From: Candidatus Nanosynbacter sp. BB002
GTDB lineage: Bacteria; Patescibacteriota; Saccharimonadia; Saccharimonadales; Saccharimonadaceae
Direction: 5' to 3'
DNA length: 32,000 nucleotides
Assembly: GCF_037013405.1 (NCBI RefSeq)
Contig: NZ_CP146064.1
Location: 600,001-632,000 of the forward strand
This document shows positions 1 to 9,061 of this stretch, one piece after another. The notes under the pieces were generated by a model, which had not been told where the DNA came from, did not search any database, and saw nothing but the letters and a program-made list of their open reading frames with translations. The position numbers were made by a program, and so were the translations under genes. Within the stretch, counting starts at the first letter, position 1. The number at the start of each line of letters is the position of its first letter.

Positions 1-239
1 CGATTGTCGCCAATGTCATCGATATCTTGGGCGCGCAAACAAGTCTGGCTGTCAACGATACGGTTTCCCTCAGGATGCTTGGCCTCGCCCAACAGATAAC
101 TAATCATCGGCTGCATACCAGAGCCGGTAAATAGCGTAGTTGGGTCGTTGTGCAACACCAGCGGTGCTCGATTGACAACAGCATGACCATTGCTTTTATA
201 AAAATCGAGGTATTTTTTACGGATATCTTGAGCTTTCAT
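1..239 (-). CDS. alaS: Alanine--tRNA ligase, N-terminal fragment (gene continues past the left edge)
   Basis: Absent from the ORF track because it is truncated. The reverse complement from ATG 239-237 reads MKAQDIRKKYLDFYKSNGHAVVNRAPLVLHNDPTTLFTGSGMQPM...NRIVDSQTCLRAQDIDDIGDN. This matches the AlaRS N-terminal signature (FLDFF.xKGH, HxDPxLLxxxxGM, NPRIVxxQKxIRxxDIxNVG in Bacillus-type enzymes). Confidence 0.85.
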   Translation of the reverse strand, partial: MKAQDIRKKYLDFYKSNGHAVVNRAPLVLHNDPTTLFTGSGMQPMISYLLGEAKHPEGNRIVDSQTCLRAQDIDDIGDN

Positions 240-247
240 ATCTGTTA

Positions 248-256
248 ATTATAGCA
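248..256 (-). promoter_or_regulatory. Extended -10 box TGcTATAAT, 8 nt upstream of the alaS ATG (candidate leaderless promoter)
   Basis: The reverse complement of 248-256 is TGCTATAAT. It is followed by TAACAGAT and then ATG (239). No Shine-Dalgarno lies between them. Confidence 0.5.
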
Positions 257-260
257 CAAC

Positions 261-288
261 ATAAAATCGCCCCAAAACGAGGCGATTT
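261..288 (-). terminator. Rho-independent terminator downstream of rpsP
   Basis: On the minus strand AAATCGCCTC / GTTTT loop / GGGGCGATTT forms a 10-bp stem with one G-U pair. It runs into a TTTTATGTT tract and sits 17 nt after the rpsP stop. Confidence 0.7.
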
Positions 289-304
289 CAAATAGCTTAT
301 ATGA

Positions 305-667
305 TTATTCAGCGGATTCTTCTACTGGCTCTTCAACTGGAGCTTCTTCTTTCGGCTGGTTTTTGCGTAATTTTTCCGGGTTACGGATGGCTTTGTGCTT
401 GTCAGCAGTTGGTTCTTTAACCCACTTTGGCAATGTGACGCCAGCTTCTTTCAACAACTTAACAACACGTGGTGTTGGCTGAGCACCATTGTCCAAATAT
501 TTTTGTGCCAATTCAACCTGAATATTTGCTACTTTTGTGTGTGGATTGTAGCTACCAACATAGGCGACAACGCGACCGCTTGATGGGTGGCGCTGCGCTT
601 CCTGTACAGCTAGGCGGTAGACTGGGTAGCCCTTGCGACCCAAACGTTGCAAACGAATTGCTAACAT
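305..667 (-). CDS. rpsP: 30S ribosomal protein bS16
   Basis: 120-aa ORF. The N-terminus MLAIRLQRLGRKGYPVYRLAV...GSYNPHTK is the canonical S16 signature. The C-terminal tail is Lys/Glu/Pro-rich. Confidence 0.95.
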   Translation of the reverse strand: MLAIRLQRLGRKGYPVYRLAVQEAQRHPSSGRVVAYVGSYNPHTKVANIQVELAQKYLDNGAQPTPRVVKLLKEAGVTLPKWVKEPTADKHKAIRNPEKLRKNQPKEEAPVEEPVEESAE

Positions 668-745
668 ATACTTATCTTATTCCTTCTCTTACACTCTTAG
701 GTTAATTCTTATTCTGTACCAGTGTACACTATTTTACTGCATGCG

Positions 746-1798
746 TCAATCTGTTTGGATAATCCCGCCGCCCAAACATTCCTTGCCGTCATATAGCACG
801 GCTGATTGGCCTGGTGCGACGGCACGCTGCGGCTCAACCAGCTTCACTGCCACTTTCTCGCCAGCGTCGTTCATGTGCGCAACTTCCGCATCAATCAACG
901 GCGCCCGGTGTCGCACCCGAACCTGATAGGCGCCGTCTTTTGGCGGCTGGCCAATCCAGTGAACGTCAGCCAGTGTCAACTCTTTACGCCAGAGATTTTC
1001 ATTATCAATTGAGCGCGACACGTAAACTTCGTTCTTCGCCATATCCTTGCCAACAACATAATACGGCAAGCCGCCACCAATATTTAGACCATGCCGCTGC
1101 CCCAAAGTGTAAAATATCGCCCCATCGTGCCGACCAACAACCACACCTGTTTGCTGATCGATGATATCGCCCGGACTCGTCTCGACATATTCTGACAAAA
1201 ACTCGCGAATCCCCACTTGCCCGACGAAGCAAATCCCCATCGATTCCTTTTTACTAGCCGTCCACAAGCCCCGCTCTTTGGCCATCTCGCGCACCTCAGC
1301 CTTGGTAAAATCACCCAGCGGGAACATGGTCTTTGCGAGTGCCTCCGACGTCACCCGGTAGAGGAAATAGGTTTGGTCTTTATTGTCATCACGAGCTTGC
1401 AGCAAGCGCCCCTCGTTCGTCCTAGCATAATGCCCCGTCGCAATATACTCCGCACCCGCTGCCAACGCCGCCTCCAAAAACAACTTAAACTTCACCTCTT
1501 GATTGCACATCACATCAGGATTTGGCGTGCGACCCGCTTGATATTCGCGAATCATATAGTCAACGACATTTTGCTTGTACTCTTTTTGAAAATCGAACAC
1601 CTGAAAATCGATCCCCAGCCCCACCGCCACGCGCTTGGCATCAGCCACATCTTCTGCCCACGGACAATGCATGCCTGGCAGATCTTCCGACCAGTTTTTC
1701 ATATACACGCCAGTCACCTCGTGGCCTTGCTCAACCAATAGCGCTGCCGCTACCGACGAATCAACGCCGCCCGACATACCGACGAACACCCGAGCCAT
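746..1798 (-). CDS. mnmA: tRNA 2-thiouridine(34) synthase MnmA
   Basis: 350 aa. It has the PP-loop motif GMSGGVDSS near the N-terminus, an NPDVMCN catalytic Cys region and a GICFVG motif. The start overlaps the upstream stop (TGATG at 1796-1800). Confidence 0.95.
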   Translation of the reverse strand: MARVFVGMSGGVDSSVAAALLVEQGHEVTGVYMKNWSEDLPGMHCPWAEDVADAKRVAVGLGIDFQVFDFQKEYKQNVVDYMIREYQAGRTPNPDVMCNQEVKFKLFLEAALAAGAEYIATGHYARTNEGRLLQARDDNKDQTYFLYRVTSEALAKTMFPLGDFTKAEVREMAKERGLWTASKKESMGICFVGQVGIREFLSEYVETSPGDIIDQQTGVVVGRHDGAIFYTLGQRHGLNIGGGLPYYVVGKDMAKNEVYVSRSIDNENLWRKELTLADVHWIGQPPKDGAYQVRVRHRAPLIDAEVAHMNDAGEKVAVKLVEPQRAVAPGQSAVLYDGKECLGGGIIQTD

Positions 1799-2394
1799 CA
1801 GCGTGTTCCTCCAATGGTAAACAAGCCAATTTTGATCAATTCACCAACTGCCAACCACCAACCCCACGGCGTCAGCCACCACAAATCACCCCAATGTTTA
1901 TCACGACTGACTGGGTGTGACAGTACTTCCACCCCAGGCACCTGCGCCGCAAACTCAGACCGAGCTCGTTGCATATGATAACCACTAGTCACCAAAATGA
2001 TACGCTTCATTTTGCGAGCAGTGATGACTGATTTTACTTCAACTGCATTTTGTTTTGTCGTCTCAGAATGATCTTCGATGATGATATTTTTATCTGGCAC
2101 ACCCTGCGACAATGCACGACGTTTCATAGCCTCAGCATTGGACAAGCCCGTCTTATCAGCTGCCGCACCCGACATGATGAGTAGCGACGACCATTTCTGC
2201 TTATACAAACGAATTGCTTCGTCAGTCCGCGCATCAGTGTCTCCACCGGAAACCGCTACGATGGCATCAGCCGTGGCGCACTCACCAGAGCCAGGGCTAG
2301 GACACTTTGCCAAATCGTCTGGCGCTAGATACATTGTCAAGCCAATGATAATCACCACCACAACAACAGCCAGTCCAATCAATCGATGAATCAT
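1798..2394 (-). CDS. DUF218 (YdcF/SanA/ElyC-like) membrane protein
   Basis: 198 aa. It has an N-terminal TM helix (LIGLAVVVVVIIIGLTMYL), a DUF218-like core (IVAVSGGD..., LLIMSG, ILVTSGYHMQRA) and a Trp-rich hydrophobic C-terminus. An ATGA overlap joins it to the upstream gene (2391-2394). Confidence 0.8.
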   Translation of the reverse strand: MIHRLIGLAVVVVVIIIGLTMYLAPDDLAKCPSPGSGECATADAIVAVSGGDTDARTDEAIRLYKQKWSSLLIMSGAAADKTGLSNAEAMKRRALSQGVPDKNIIIEDHSETTKQNAVEVKSVITARKMKRIILVTSGYHMQRARSEFAAQVPGVEVLSHPVSRDKHWGDLWWLTPWGWWLAVGELIKIGLFTIGGTR

Positions 2395-3548
2395 TTCATC
2401 CTCTCCTGCTCTTTTCGCACTGATTGGATGATCAGTTCAGCCGCTCGGATAACCGCTGCTTCATCATTCGACCTTCCGAGGGTGATGCGTAAACTGCCAT
2501 CAATATCTGAGTCACTCAGACCGATAGCCGATAGCACATGCGAACGCATGCCAGAGTTAGCAGCACATGCACTACCTGTCGCTACCATCACGCCATGCAT
2601 TTCCAACAAAAACACCAATCGTTCAGCATCCAAGCCCGGAAAAGAAATATTCAAAAAATTCGCCAACGACTTTTTGCGATCAGACGAAATGATCATTTCC
2701 GGTAGTTCAGCCTTGAGTCTCTGAATCATACCATCACGTAATCCCTGTAGCCGCTTGACTTCAGCTTTGCGCCGTTTGGCAGCCAGCTCCAAAGCCTCAG
2801 CAAAACCAACCACCCCAGCAACATTTTCCGTGCCACTGCGAAGACCCAGCTCCTGTCCACCCCCGACAATGGTTGGTGCAATATGTACACCCGGACGCAC
2901 CCACAGCAGGCCGACTTGTTTTGGTCCGTAAACTTTTGCCGCACTGAGCGTCAGCAAATCAACGCCCAATCGTTTCACTTTTACGTCCAACAACGCTGCC
3001 GCCTGAGATGCATCAGTATGGAAGTATAGCGGTGTCTCCTCGCCAGCAGACCGACGCCGCTCCCGCTCTGTTTGAATGACGCGAGCAATCTCTTCAATTG
3101 GTTGCACATAGCCCAGCTCATGGTTTGCCAGAGCGATTGATACAAAACCAACGTCTGGAGTGAGAACCTGTTTCACTGCTTCTGGAGTAATTCTTCCTTT
3201 ACGATCCGGCCGAATCAGCACTGGTTCTCGGTGGCGGCCAGCAGCCGACAAAACTGATGCATGTTCGATGATCGCAACTGCGCACGTTGTCTGCTGCGCT
3301 GCCTGAAACGCCAAATTAACCGACTCCGTGGCGCCAGCTGTCATCACCAATTCATCCGCAACAACACCCAGAGCTTGGGCAATGCGCACTTTGGCGGCTT
3401 GATAGTCACGCTTCACTGCAACACCAGCAGCATACGGGCTGGATGGATTGAAAAATTTCTCAGAAAAATAGGGCTGCATCACCTCAACCACCAACGGGTC
3501 CATCGGCGTTGCCGCCGCATGATCAAGATATATCAAATTATCATTCAC
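2391..3548 (-). CDS. Cysteine desulfurase (NifS/IscS/YrvO-type class V aminotransferase)
   Basis: 385 aa. N-terminus is IYLDHAAATPMDP. The PLP-Lys motif is SAAKVYGPKQVG and the active-site Cys loop is ATGSACAANSGMRSHVL. Confidence 0.9.
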   Translation of the reverse strand: MNDNLIYLDHAAATPMDPLVVEVMQPYFSEKFFNPSSPYAAGVAVKRDYQAAKVRIAQALGVVADELVMTAGATESVNLAFQAAQQTTCAVAIIEHASVLSAAGRHREPVLIRPDRKGRITPEAVKQVLTPDVGFVSIALANHELGYVQPIEEIARVIQTERERRRSAGEETPLYFHTDASQAAALLDVKVKRLGVDLLTLSAAKVYGPKQVGLLWVRPGVHIAPTIVGGGQELGLRSGTENVAGVVGFAEALELAAKRRKAEVKRLQGLRDGMIQRLKAELPEMIISSDRKKSLANFLNISFPGLDAERLVFLLEMHGVMVATGSACAANSGMRSHVLSAIGLSDSDIDGSLRITLGRSNDEAAVIRAAELIIQSVRKEQERMK

Positions 3549-3557
3549 TGTTATCTA

Positions 3558-4001
3558 TTATACCATCTGTAAAGGTTTGCCGGTGTCTGGATCTTGTTTA
3601 TACAATTTGCGCGAAACACGCTCATAATACTCTTTCACCGCCAAGACAAAGTTGTGTAATTCCTCGCCTTCCAGGTAGCTGTACTGATAGTTTGGCTGAA
3701 CCTTCAACACGCCCTTTTCCTGGATCTCATATTTGGTTGTCAATTCTTTCACTTTGCCGTCAGCATCAACCACTTCTTCGTACCAAATCCACGTTTTCTC
3801 ATCCAAGTTGAAAAATTCTCGGCGCTGCACATGCTCGGGCTTGTCACCAAAAATCGTTGCACCGATTTGACTCTCCATCTGGATCAATTGCCGCTCGGTC
3901 AGCGGTTTAGCCGGTCGGTCTTTGCGGCGAACTCGCATCAATGGCTTGACTGATTCGTCTGCAAAAACGAGGCTTGCAGCTTTTTTAAGAATCTTACTCA
4001 T
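3558..4001 (-). CDS. Hypothetical protein (147 aa, soluble, Lys/Glu-rich)
   Basis: The ORF has a perfect SD (AAGGAGG, reverse complement of 4010-4016) 8 nt upstream of the ATG. It is tightly packed within the operon. I recognise no family. Confidence 0.7.
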   Translation of the reverse strand: MSKILKKAASLVFADESVKPLMRVRRKDRPAKPLTERQLIQMESQIGATIFGDKPEHVQRREFFNLDEKTWIWYEEVVDADGKVKELTTKYEIQEKGVLKVQPNYQYSYLEGEELHNFVLAVKEYYERVSRKLYKQDPDTGKPLQMV

Positions 4002-4014
4002 ATACCAGACCTCC

Positions 4015-4407
4015 TTATGCCGCTAATTCAAAATCGGGCTTAGTTATAGCATCACTCTGTCGCATTTCAGCCAGGCGCTTACCGATATCGCTTGAATATC
4101 GCACTGCTTCGACGGGGTCTTTGGGATGTTTAGGAAATTCAATCAATAATACACGTGGAGCTTCCGTCGATTTGGCTAAGCTTGATGCTTCACTTTCACC
4201 GGTACTGCCACGTATGGCAGCACTTGATAGTGAACGAGTGTCGGCATTTTGATGCGTAGCAAGCTCGTCAGCAGTTTGATGCGTAGCAAGCTTGTCAGCA
4301 CGACCGACAGGAGTAGTCTCAAAATTCAGCGTCTTTGCCTCTTTTGAGATAGCTTCCAACGCCGCATTAACTTCTTTGTCGTACGTACCCGTATTGTTTT
4401 CTCGCAT
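4015..4407 (-). CDS. Hypothetical protein (130 aa, low complexity, internal 9-aa duplication)
   Basis: The ORF has GGAG 4 nt upstream of the ATG. It contains ADKLATHQT/ADELATHQN, encoded by a 27-nt tandem duplication. No domain recognised. Confidence 0.6.
   Translation of the reverse strand: MRENNTGTYDKEVNAALEAISKEAKTLNFETTPVGRADKLATHQTADELATHQNADTRSLSSAAIRGSTGESEASSLAKSTEAPRVLLIEFPKHPKDPVEAVRYSSDIGKRLAEMRQSDAITKPDFELAA
4248..4301. repeat. 2 x 27-nt in-frame tandem duplication (25/27 identical)
   Basis: tttgatgcgtagcaagctcgtcagcag (4248-4274) is followed directly by tttgatgcgtagcaagcttgtcagcac (4275-4301). Confidence 0.85.
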
Positions 4408-4419
4408 ATTTCTCCACTA

Positions 4420-5238
4420 TTACAAGCCAAAAAGTGTTACCGTGTTATCGGTCGCTACTTTTTCAAAGTCGTGAAGCGCTAGCTTGCGCTCCGCCGCCCA
4501 ATACTTCGCCACCAACTCCACATATTCTGGCTTATTCATCTTACCACGAAATGGCTTTGGTGTCAAGAACGGTGCATCAGTTTCTAATAACAATCGCTCC
4601 AGTGGGATGGAGGCGAATAATTCTCGCTGTGTTTGGTCTTTAGTAAACGTGCTAATGCCGTTCAAACCAACGTATAATCCGCGAGCAAATCCCTTCTCTA
4701 AATTGGCGCGGGTATCGGTAAAACTATGTAGTACACCGCGCAGACCACGAAAATTATCAAAAATCGGCCAAAAATCATCCCACACCGACGGCTGGTCGGG
4801 CGCGCCATCGCGAATATGAAAACTAACCGGCAGATCATAATCCACCGCCAGCTGCAGCTGCGCCTCCAGTGCCTGAATTTGCACCTCGCGCGGGCTGTGA
4901 TTGTAATAATAATCAAGGCCAATCTCACCAATCGCCACAATCGGCGAATTCTCCGTCCTATTTTTTAGCAGCCGCTCTATCTCGCCCCAACCGTCCTTGC
5001 TGTCGTGCGGATGAACGCCAACCGCCGCCCACACACAGTCGTGGTTTGCGGCAAACTCTACTGCCTGTCGACTACTGCGTTCATCGGTGCCAATACAGAT
5101 CATGCCGATGCCCGCTGCGATTGACTGCTGGTATAATCCCTCACGACTATCCGTGAAGAACTCAGTGTCGTGCACATGGCAATGCGAATCGATCAAACGC
5201 AAATCTGTCGCCGTGTGATGCTCCGCTGCTAAATTCAT
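4420..5238 (-). CDS. tatD: TatD-family metal-dependent hydrolase/DNase
   Basis: 272 aa. Motifs are IDSHCHV, GEIGLDYYY, VSFHIRD, VLHSF and LLLETDAPFL. Confidence 0.9.
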   Translation of the reverse strand: MNLAAEHHTATDLRLIDSHCHVHDTEFFTDSREGLYQQSIAAGIGMICIGTDERSSRQAVEFAANHDCVWAAVGVHPHDSKDGWGEIERLLKNRTENSPIVAIGEIGLDYYYNHSPREVQIQALEAQLQLAVDYDLPVSFHIRDGAPDQPSVWDDFWPIFDNFRGLRGVLHSFTDTRANLEKGFARGLYVGLNGISTFTKDQTQRELFASIPLERLLLETDAPFLTPKPFRGKMNKPEYVELVAKYWAAERKLALHDFEKVATDNTVTLFGL

Positions 5239-5240
5239 GG

Positions 5241-6752
5241 TTATTTTCCCTGGGTTTCTGCTCTTGGCGCCCGTGGATCAGCTGTGTGCAAATATTTACG
5301 CGGGAACAGTGGCGTTAATTGTGACGGGACAACACCGCTAGCGAACATCTCGTGAATTTTCTCGGCAGTCTGCGGCATAAATGGTCGTAGCATATCAGAC
5401 ACTTGCAGCAACGTACCACAAGCATACGCCAAAATCTCGCCCAAATGTGCTTCCGCTTCTGGGTCCTTAGTGCGCTTTTTGGCAACCTGCCACGGCTGGA
5501 CACGCTCAATGTACTGATTTAGCGCACGGATAATTTGCCAAATTTCATCCATGGCTTGGTTGAAAGCAAAGCTCTCCATGAAATGGCGGTATGGACCCAT
5601 GTCGTGTTCGGCCTGCGGCGCGTCACCGATGACGCCGGCTTGGTACGACTGCACCATCTTTGCTACTCGCTGCACCAAATTACCGAGATCATTACCCAGC
5701 TCGCCGTTATAGGCCGCTTCAAATTTCTCCCAAGTAAAATCACCGTCGTCCTGAGTTGGTACGTGACGCAGGAAATAATAGCGAAAGGCCTCGACACCGT
5801 AGTGCGGGATGATATCAGCTGGACCGACACCATTACCGAGGCTCTTACTCATCTTGGCGCCGCCAACGTTGATGAACCCGTGTACCAACAGTACTTTCGG
5901 CAGCGGCAAATCCAGCGCCATCAACATCGCCGGCCAAATCCCAGCGTGGAAGCGAAGGATATCCTTGCCAATCACCTGCACATTTGCTGGCCAAAACGCC
6001 TGCCATTCCTCTGAACGGTCAGGATAGCCGATGACCGTTATGTAATTACTCAGCGCATCCAGCCAGACATACATCACCTGCGTGTCATCGCCTGGCACTG
6101 GCACACCCCAGCTCAAATTCTTTCGTGGGCGCGAAATTGACACGTCTTTCAGGCCATCTTTCATCAATTCCAAAAACTCTTTTTTACGAAATTCAGGCAC
6201 AATTTTCATCTTGTTTGATTCAATGGCCTGGCGAATATTCTCCGAAAAGGCACTGGTTTTGAAATAATAGTTTTCCTCGCTCAACCGCTGGTACGGTGAC
6301 TGGTGGTCGGGACAAATGCCGTTATTTTCAGCCGCTTCTTTGTCAGTGACGAACGCCTCGCAACCTTGGCAGTACCAGCCCTCATACGTGCTTTTGTAGA
6401 TATAGCCAGCCGCAGCCAGCTTCTGCCAAATATACTGTACCGCGCCAACGTGATGCGGGTCAGTCGTACGGATAAAATCCGTCGCCGAAATATTCAACTC
6501 AGCGATCATGTTCTGGAAATTGCCATGCATTTGATCAACATAGGCTTGCGGCGTCTGGTTTTGACTGGCAGCCTTGGCAGCAATCTTATTGCCGTGTTCA
6601 TCCACGCCTGTCTGAAAACGCACCTCGCGGCCATTCTGCCGCTGATACCGCGTCCATACATCCGCTAGCATATAGTCCATGGCGTGCCCAATGTGCGGCA
6701 AACCGTTGACATAAGGAATAGCGGTAGTGATGTAGGCATGTTGTTTAGTCAT
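5241..6752 (-). CDS. metG: Methionine--tRNA ligase (start moved to the third in-frame ATG of the ORF-track call)
   Basis: HIGH motif (PHIGHAMDY), KMSKS motif (KMSKSLGN) and a Zn knuckle (CQGCEAF...CPDH). The ORF track starts at 6788, but TGaTACAAT (6760-6768) lies inside that extension. It sits 7 nt upstream of ATG 6752 (MTKQHAYITTAIPYVNG, the usual MetRS N-terminus). Confidence 0.92.
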   Translation of the reverse strand: MTKQHAYITTAIPYVNGLPHIGHAMDYMLADVWTRYQRQNGREVRFQTGVDEHGNKIAAKAASQNQTPQAYVDQMHGNFQNMIAELNISATDFIRTTDPHHVGAVQYIWQKLAAAGYIYKSTYEGWYCQGCEAFVTDKEAAENNGICPDHQSPYQRLSEENYYFKTSAFSENIRQAIESNKMKIVPEFRKKEFLELMKDGLKDVSISRPRKNLSWGVPVPGDDTQVMYVWLDALSNYITVIGYPDRSEEWQAFWPANVQVIGKDILRFHAGIWPAMLMALDLPLPKVLLVHGFINVGGAKMSKSLGNGVGPADIIPHYGVEAFRYYFLRHVPTQDDGDFTWEKFEAAYNGELGNDLGNLVQRVAKMVQSYQAGVIGDAPQAEHDMGPYRHFMESFAFNQAMDEIWQIIRALNQYIERVQPWQVAKKRTKDPEAEAHLGEILAYACGTLLQVSDMLRPFMPQTAEKIHEMFASGVVPSQLTPLFPRKYLHTADPRAPRAETQGK

Positions 6753-6759
6753 GCTACTC

Positions 6760-6768
6760 ATTGTATCA
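6760..6768 (-). promoter_or_regulatory. Extended -10 box TGaTACAAT, 7 nt upstream of the metG ATG 6752
   Basis: The reverse complement of 6760-6768 is TGATACAAT. It is followed by GAGTAGC and then ATG. Confidence 0.55.
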
Positions 6769-6809
6769 TTATCTGGAATAATTTTCACCGATATGCGTTT
6801 GCCGAAGGC

Positions 6810-7550
6810 TCACCCACGCATCATTGCTACCACCACAATTCGTCCCGCCGTATCGCCCGATGAGTGTGAAAAATAATTTGGATCATCTGCCGTGTCGATT
6901 GACGACATGACAATATTGTCAGCCGGAACGCCCACCTGGATGGCCAGCGAACGATTGAACCCTTGCATGTCTAGATATATTCCGTCAGCTGTTTGATGGT
7001 AGAAATTGCGCCAATTGATGTCATCTGCATGATTAAAATAATCCATACGATAATTTTTCTGCGTGATGCTTGGCGACATCCAAATTTGTAACTCTTTTGC
7101 CTGGCTGCCGCGCTCGACAAAATACCGAACTGCCCGAGACATTAACTGCGCAACCGTTGAATGTCGACCCAGGTGCGCCAACATCAGCGCCCGACGCTTT
7201 GGATCGTATATAACAGTGGCGATACAGTCCGCCACTGGTAAAAATAAACCGATGCCAACCGCTTCGGTATAGAGCGCGTCAGCAAAAATCCCCTCGTTGT
7301 TATGTCGGGTCGTGTCAGCTTCAGTAACTTCGGCGATGGTATCAAACGTCTGTGCTTGGTCATATGAAATCACGTGATAGACAACGTCGCCATAGGTAAT
7401 ATCAATCTGATCGCAAAACCGCCGCCGATTCTCCAGTACCTCAGTTACGTGGCGACCGCGAATACGATTGAGCATGGTACCGTCATCTTTCGACGAGACC
7501 GCAACCAATAGATCAGACGGAAAACACGTCGGCTGATCTGCCACAATCAT
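6810..7550 (-). CDS. pgeF: YfiH/PgeF (DUF152) purine-nucleoside phosphorylase / peptidoglycan editing factor family
   Basis: Family-typical VADCIATVIYD...MLAHLGRHST and C-terminal SHSSGD motifs. The start is set at ATG 7550, which forms an ATGA overlap with the rsmA stop (7547-7550). The ORF track begins 33 nt further upstream at 7583. Confidence 0.78.
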   Translation of the reverse strand: MIVADQPTCFPSDLLVAVSSKDDGTMLNRIRGRHVTEVLENRRRFCDQIDITYGDVVYHVISYDQAQTFDTIAEVTEADTTRHNNEGIFADALYTEAVGIGLFLPVADCIATVIYDPKRRALMLAHLGRHSTVAQLMSRAVRYFVERGSQAKELQIWMSPSITQKNYRMDYFNHADDINWRNFYHQTADGIYLDMQGFNRSLAIQVGVPADNIVMSSIDTADDPNYFSHSSGDTAGRIVVVAMMRG

Positions 7551-8335
7551 CGCGCCCGCCATTCTTTGAGCAGCCGCCGCCAATCATCAATCGACAAATC
7601 TTCGGCACGAGCATCAGGTGAAATGTCAGACTTTTTTAGCAGCTGTTCGGCGCTAGCTTTACTGATGCCCAGTCCACCACTCAAGCTAGAGCGCAGTTTT
7701 TTACGTTTTGCGGAAAAACCAGCTTTGACAACACGGAAAAAATCTTTGTGGTCTTCAGGGGCGACTAGCGGTTCGGTGCGAGTTCTCAATACCACCACCT
7801 GCGAATCAACTTTTGGCGGTGGCGTAAAAAATTGCCGCGGTACTTCAATATCGAGTTCTGCCTCAGCAAATAGCTGCGCGCTAACCGCCAAAATACTCAT
7901 CCTGCCAGGCTTCGCTGCGATACGCTCGGCGACTTCTTTTTGTACCAGCAGCACCGCCAAACTCGGTTTATTCTCCGCCGTCATCAACTTTTCAACAATT
8001 TTACTGGTGATATAATATGGCACATTGGCGACTACTTTATAGTCCTTCGGCAGCTGATTTAGATCAAATTGCAAAATATCTTCGTTAATCACGTCCAGGT
8101 TTTTACCAGGAAACTGCCCCGGCAATTTACGCGCCAAATCCGCGTCAAATTCTACCGCTACCACACGCTGAGCTCGTGCCAACAACCGGCTGGTCAAGGT
8201 GCCGAGCCCCGGCCCAATCTCCAAAACCACATCATCTTCACCAAGTTCGGCCGCCTCGGCAATCTCTGCCAATATTTCCGGATCTCGCAGCCAATGCTGG
8301 CCTAATTCTTTTTTCGGTCCGCGAGCTGACGCCAT
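7547..8335 (-). CDS. rsmA: 16S rRNA (adenine1518/1519-N6)-dimethyltransferase
   Basis: 262 aa. It has LGQHWL, the SAM-binding motif VLEIGPGLGTLT and the NVPYYITS motif. Confidence 0.93.
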   Translation of the reverse strand: MASARGPKKELGQHWLRDPEILAEIAEAAELGEDDVVLEIGPGLGTLTSRLLARAQRVVAVEFDADLARKLPGQFPGKNLDVINEDILQFDLNQLPKDYKVVANVPYYITSKIVEKLMTAENKPSLAVLLVQKEVAERIAAKPGRMSILAVSAQLFAEAELDIEVPRQFFTPPPKVDSQVVVLRTRTEPLVAPEDHKDFFRVVKAGFSAKRKKLRSSLSGGLGISKASAEQLLKKSDISPDARAEDLSIDDWRRLLKEWRAR

Positions 8336-9037
8336 CTAACGCCCATCTCCGTTCGTCCAATCAGTCGCTAGGTCAAACCCATGCGGATGCCGAGCCGCAA
8401 AACCGCCAGTGTCATACACCTTGCCAGGACCCATGCTGGTTTCCACCACCGAACAGCGTGGATAATTACCATAATTTGCCGCTACTAAAATATAGCCATC
8501 TTTATCGACTTTGGCACCGTCGGCTCGCACCGTGTAGCCACCGCCACCGCACGCATTGATGACAACATTCATCGGCAGGTCATAGTAGGTTTCGCGGTGT
8601 GATATGCCGCGTGAGTCGGTAAACTGCTGGGCGCTTTTGGCTTTGGTCAAGGCATTCGGCAGCCTGGCACCAACAATCTCTATCTGTGCCACAGGCTGGT
8701 TGGTAATTTGTTCAGCAACTTTATTTTTCGCAACTTCCGTGCCGTCACCTTTTACCTTCACGCTATGCGTTACTTGCTTAGAACCGACAGCACCCGCCTG
8801 CTGTACCTGCTTAAAACCAACGGCGTGTGCGTAACTTTTTGCTGACTGTACCTCAAACTGAACTGGCTCTTCCGTGATGACGGTATATTCATGAATTGCT
8901 TCTCTTTCAGTAGCTTGGGCGAGTTTTCTCTGGACTGACGATGCCACCAGAACAATAGTCAACGCTGTTGCGGCCATTAGCCCTGTTATCGTCACTGCTA
9001 CTTTTGGAGTTCTCAGTAAAAACCAATACCGCTTCAT
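8336..9037 (-). CDS. Membrane-anchored G5 + 3D-domain cell-wall protein (YabE C-terminal type)
   Basis: N-terminal signal anchor. The G5-like block is GFKQVQQAGAVGSKQVTHSVKVKGDGT...IEIVGA. The C-terminal 3D/RlpA-like block is YYDLPMNV...DGYILVAANYGNYPRCSVVETSMGPGKVYDTGGF. Confidence 0.78.
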   Translation of the reverse strand: MKRYWFLLRTPKVAVTITGLMAATALTIVLVASSVQRKLAQATEREAIHEYTVITEEPVQFEVQSAKSYAHAVGFKQVQQAGAVGSKQVTHSVKVKGDGTEVAKNKVAEQITNQPVAQIEIVGARLPNALTKAKSAQQFTDSRGISHRETYYDLPMNVVINACGGGGYTVRADGAKVDKDGYILVAANYGNYPRCSVVETSMGPGKVYDTGGFAARHPHGFDLATDWTNGDGR

Positions 9038-9061
9038 GTAATTCCTAAAGGCTACCTGATA

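Noticed and set aside
1217-1741. 174-aa plus-strand ORF, and similar long antisense ORFs (5535-6014, 7566-8015, 12704-13192, 23137-23637, 27690-28085, 22734-23039)
   Set aside because: Each lies wholly inside, and antisense to, a gene with strong family motifs (mnmA, metG, rsmA, the disordered protein, folD, murA, the response regulator). Their products are low-complexity or Arg/Ser/Pro-rich. These are typical shadow ORFs.
3558-4407. The two small adjacent hypothetical genes as a toxin-antitoxin pair
   Set aside because: Neither has a recognisable toxin or antitoxin motif. They are not an isolated bicistron but sit mid-operon between tatD and the desulfurase. Adjacency is the only support.
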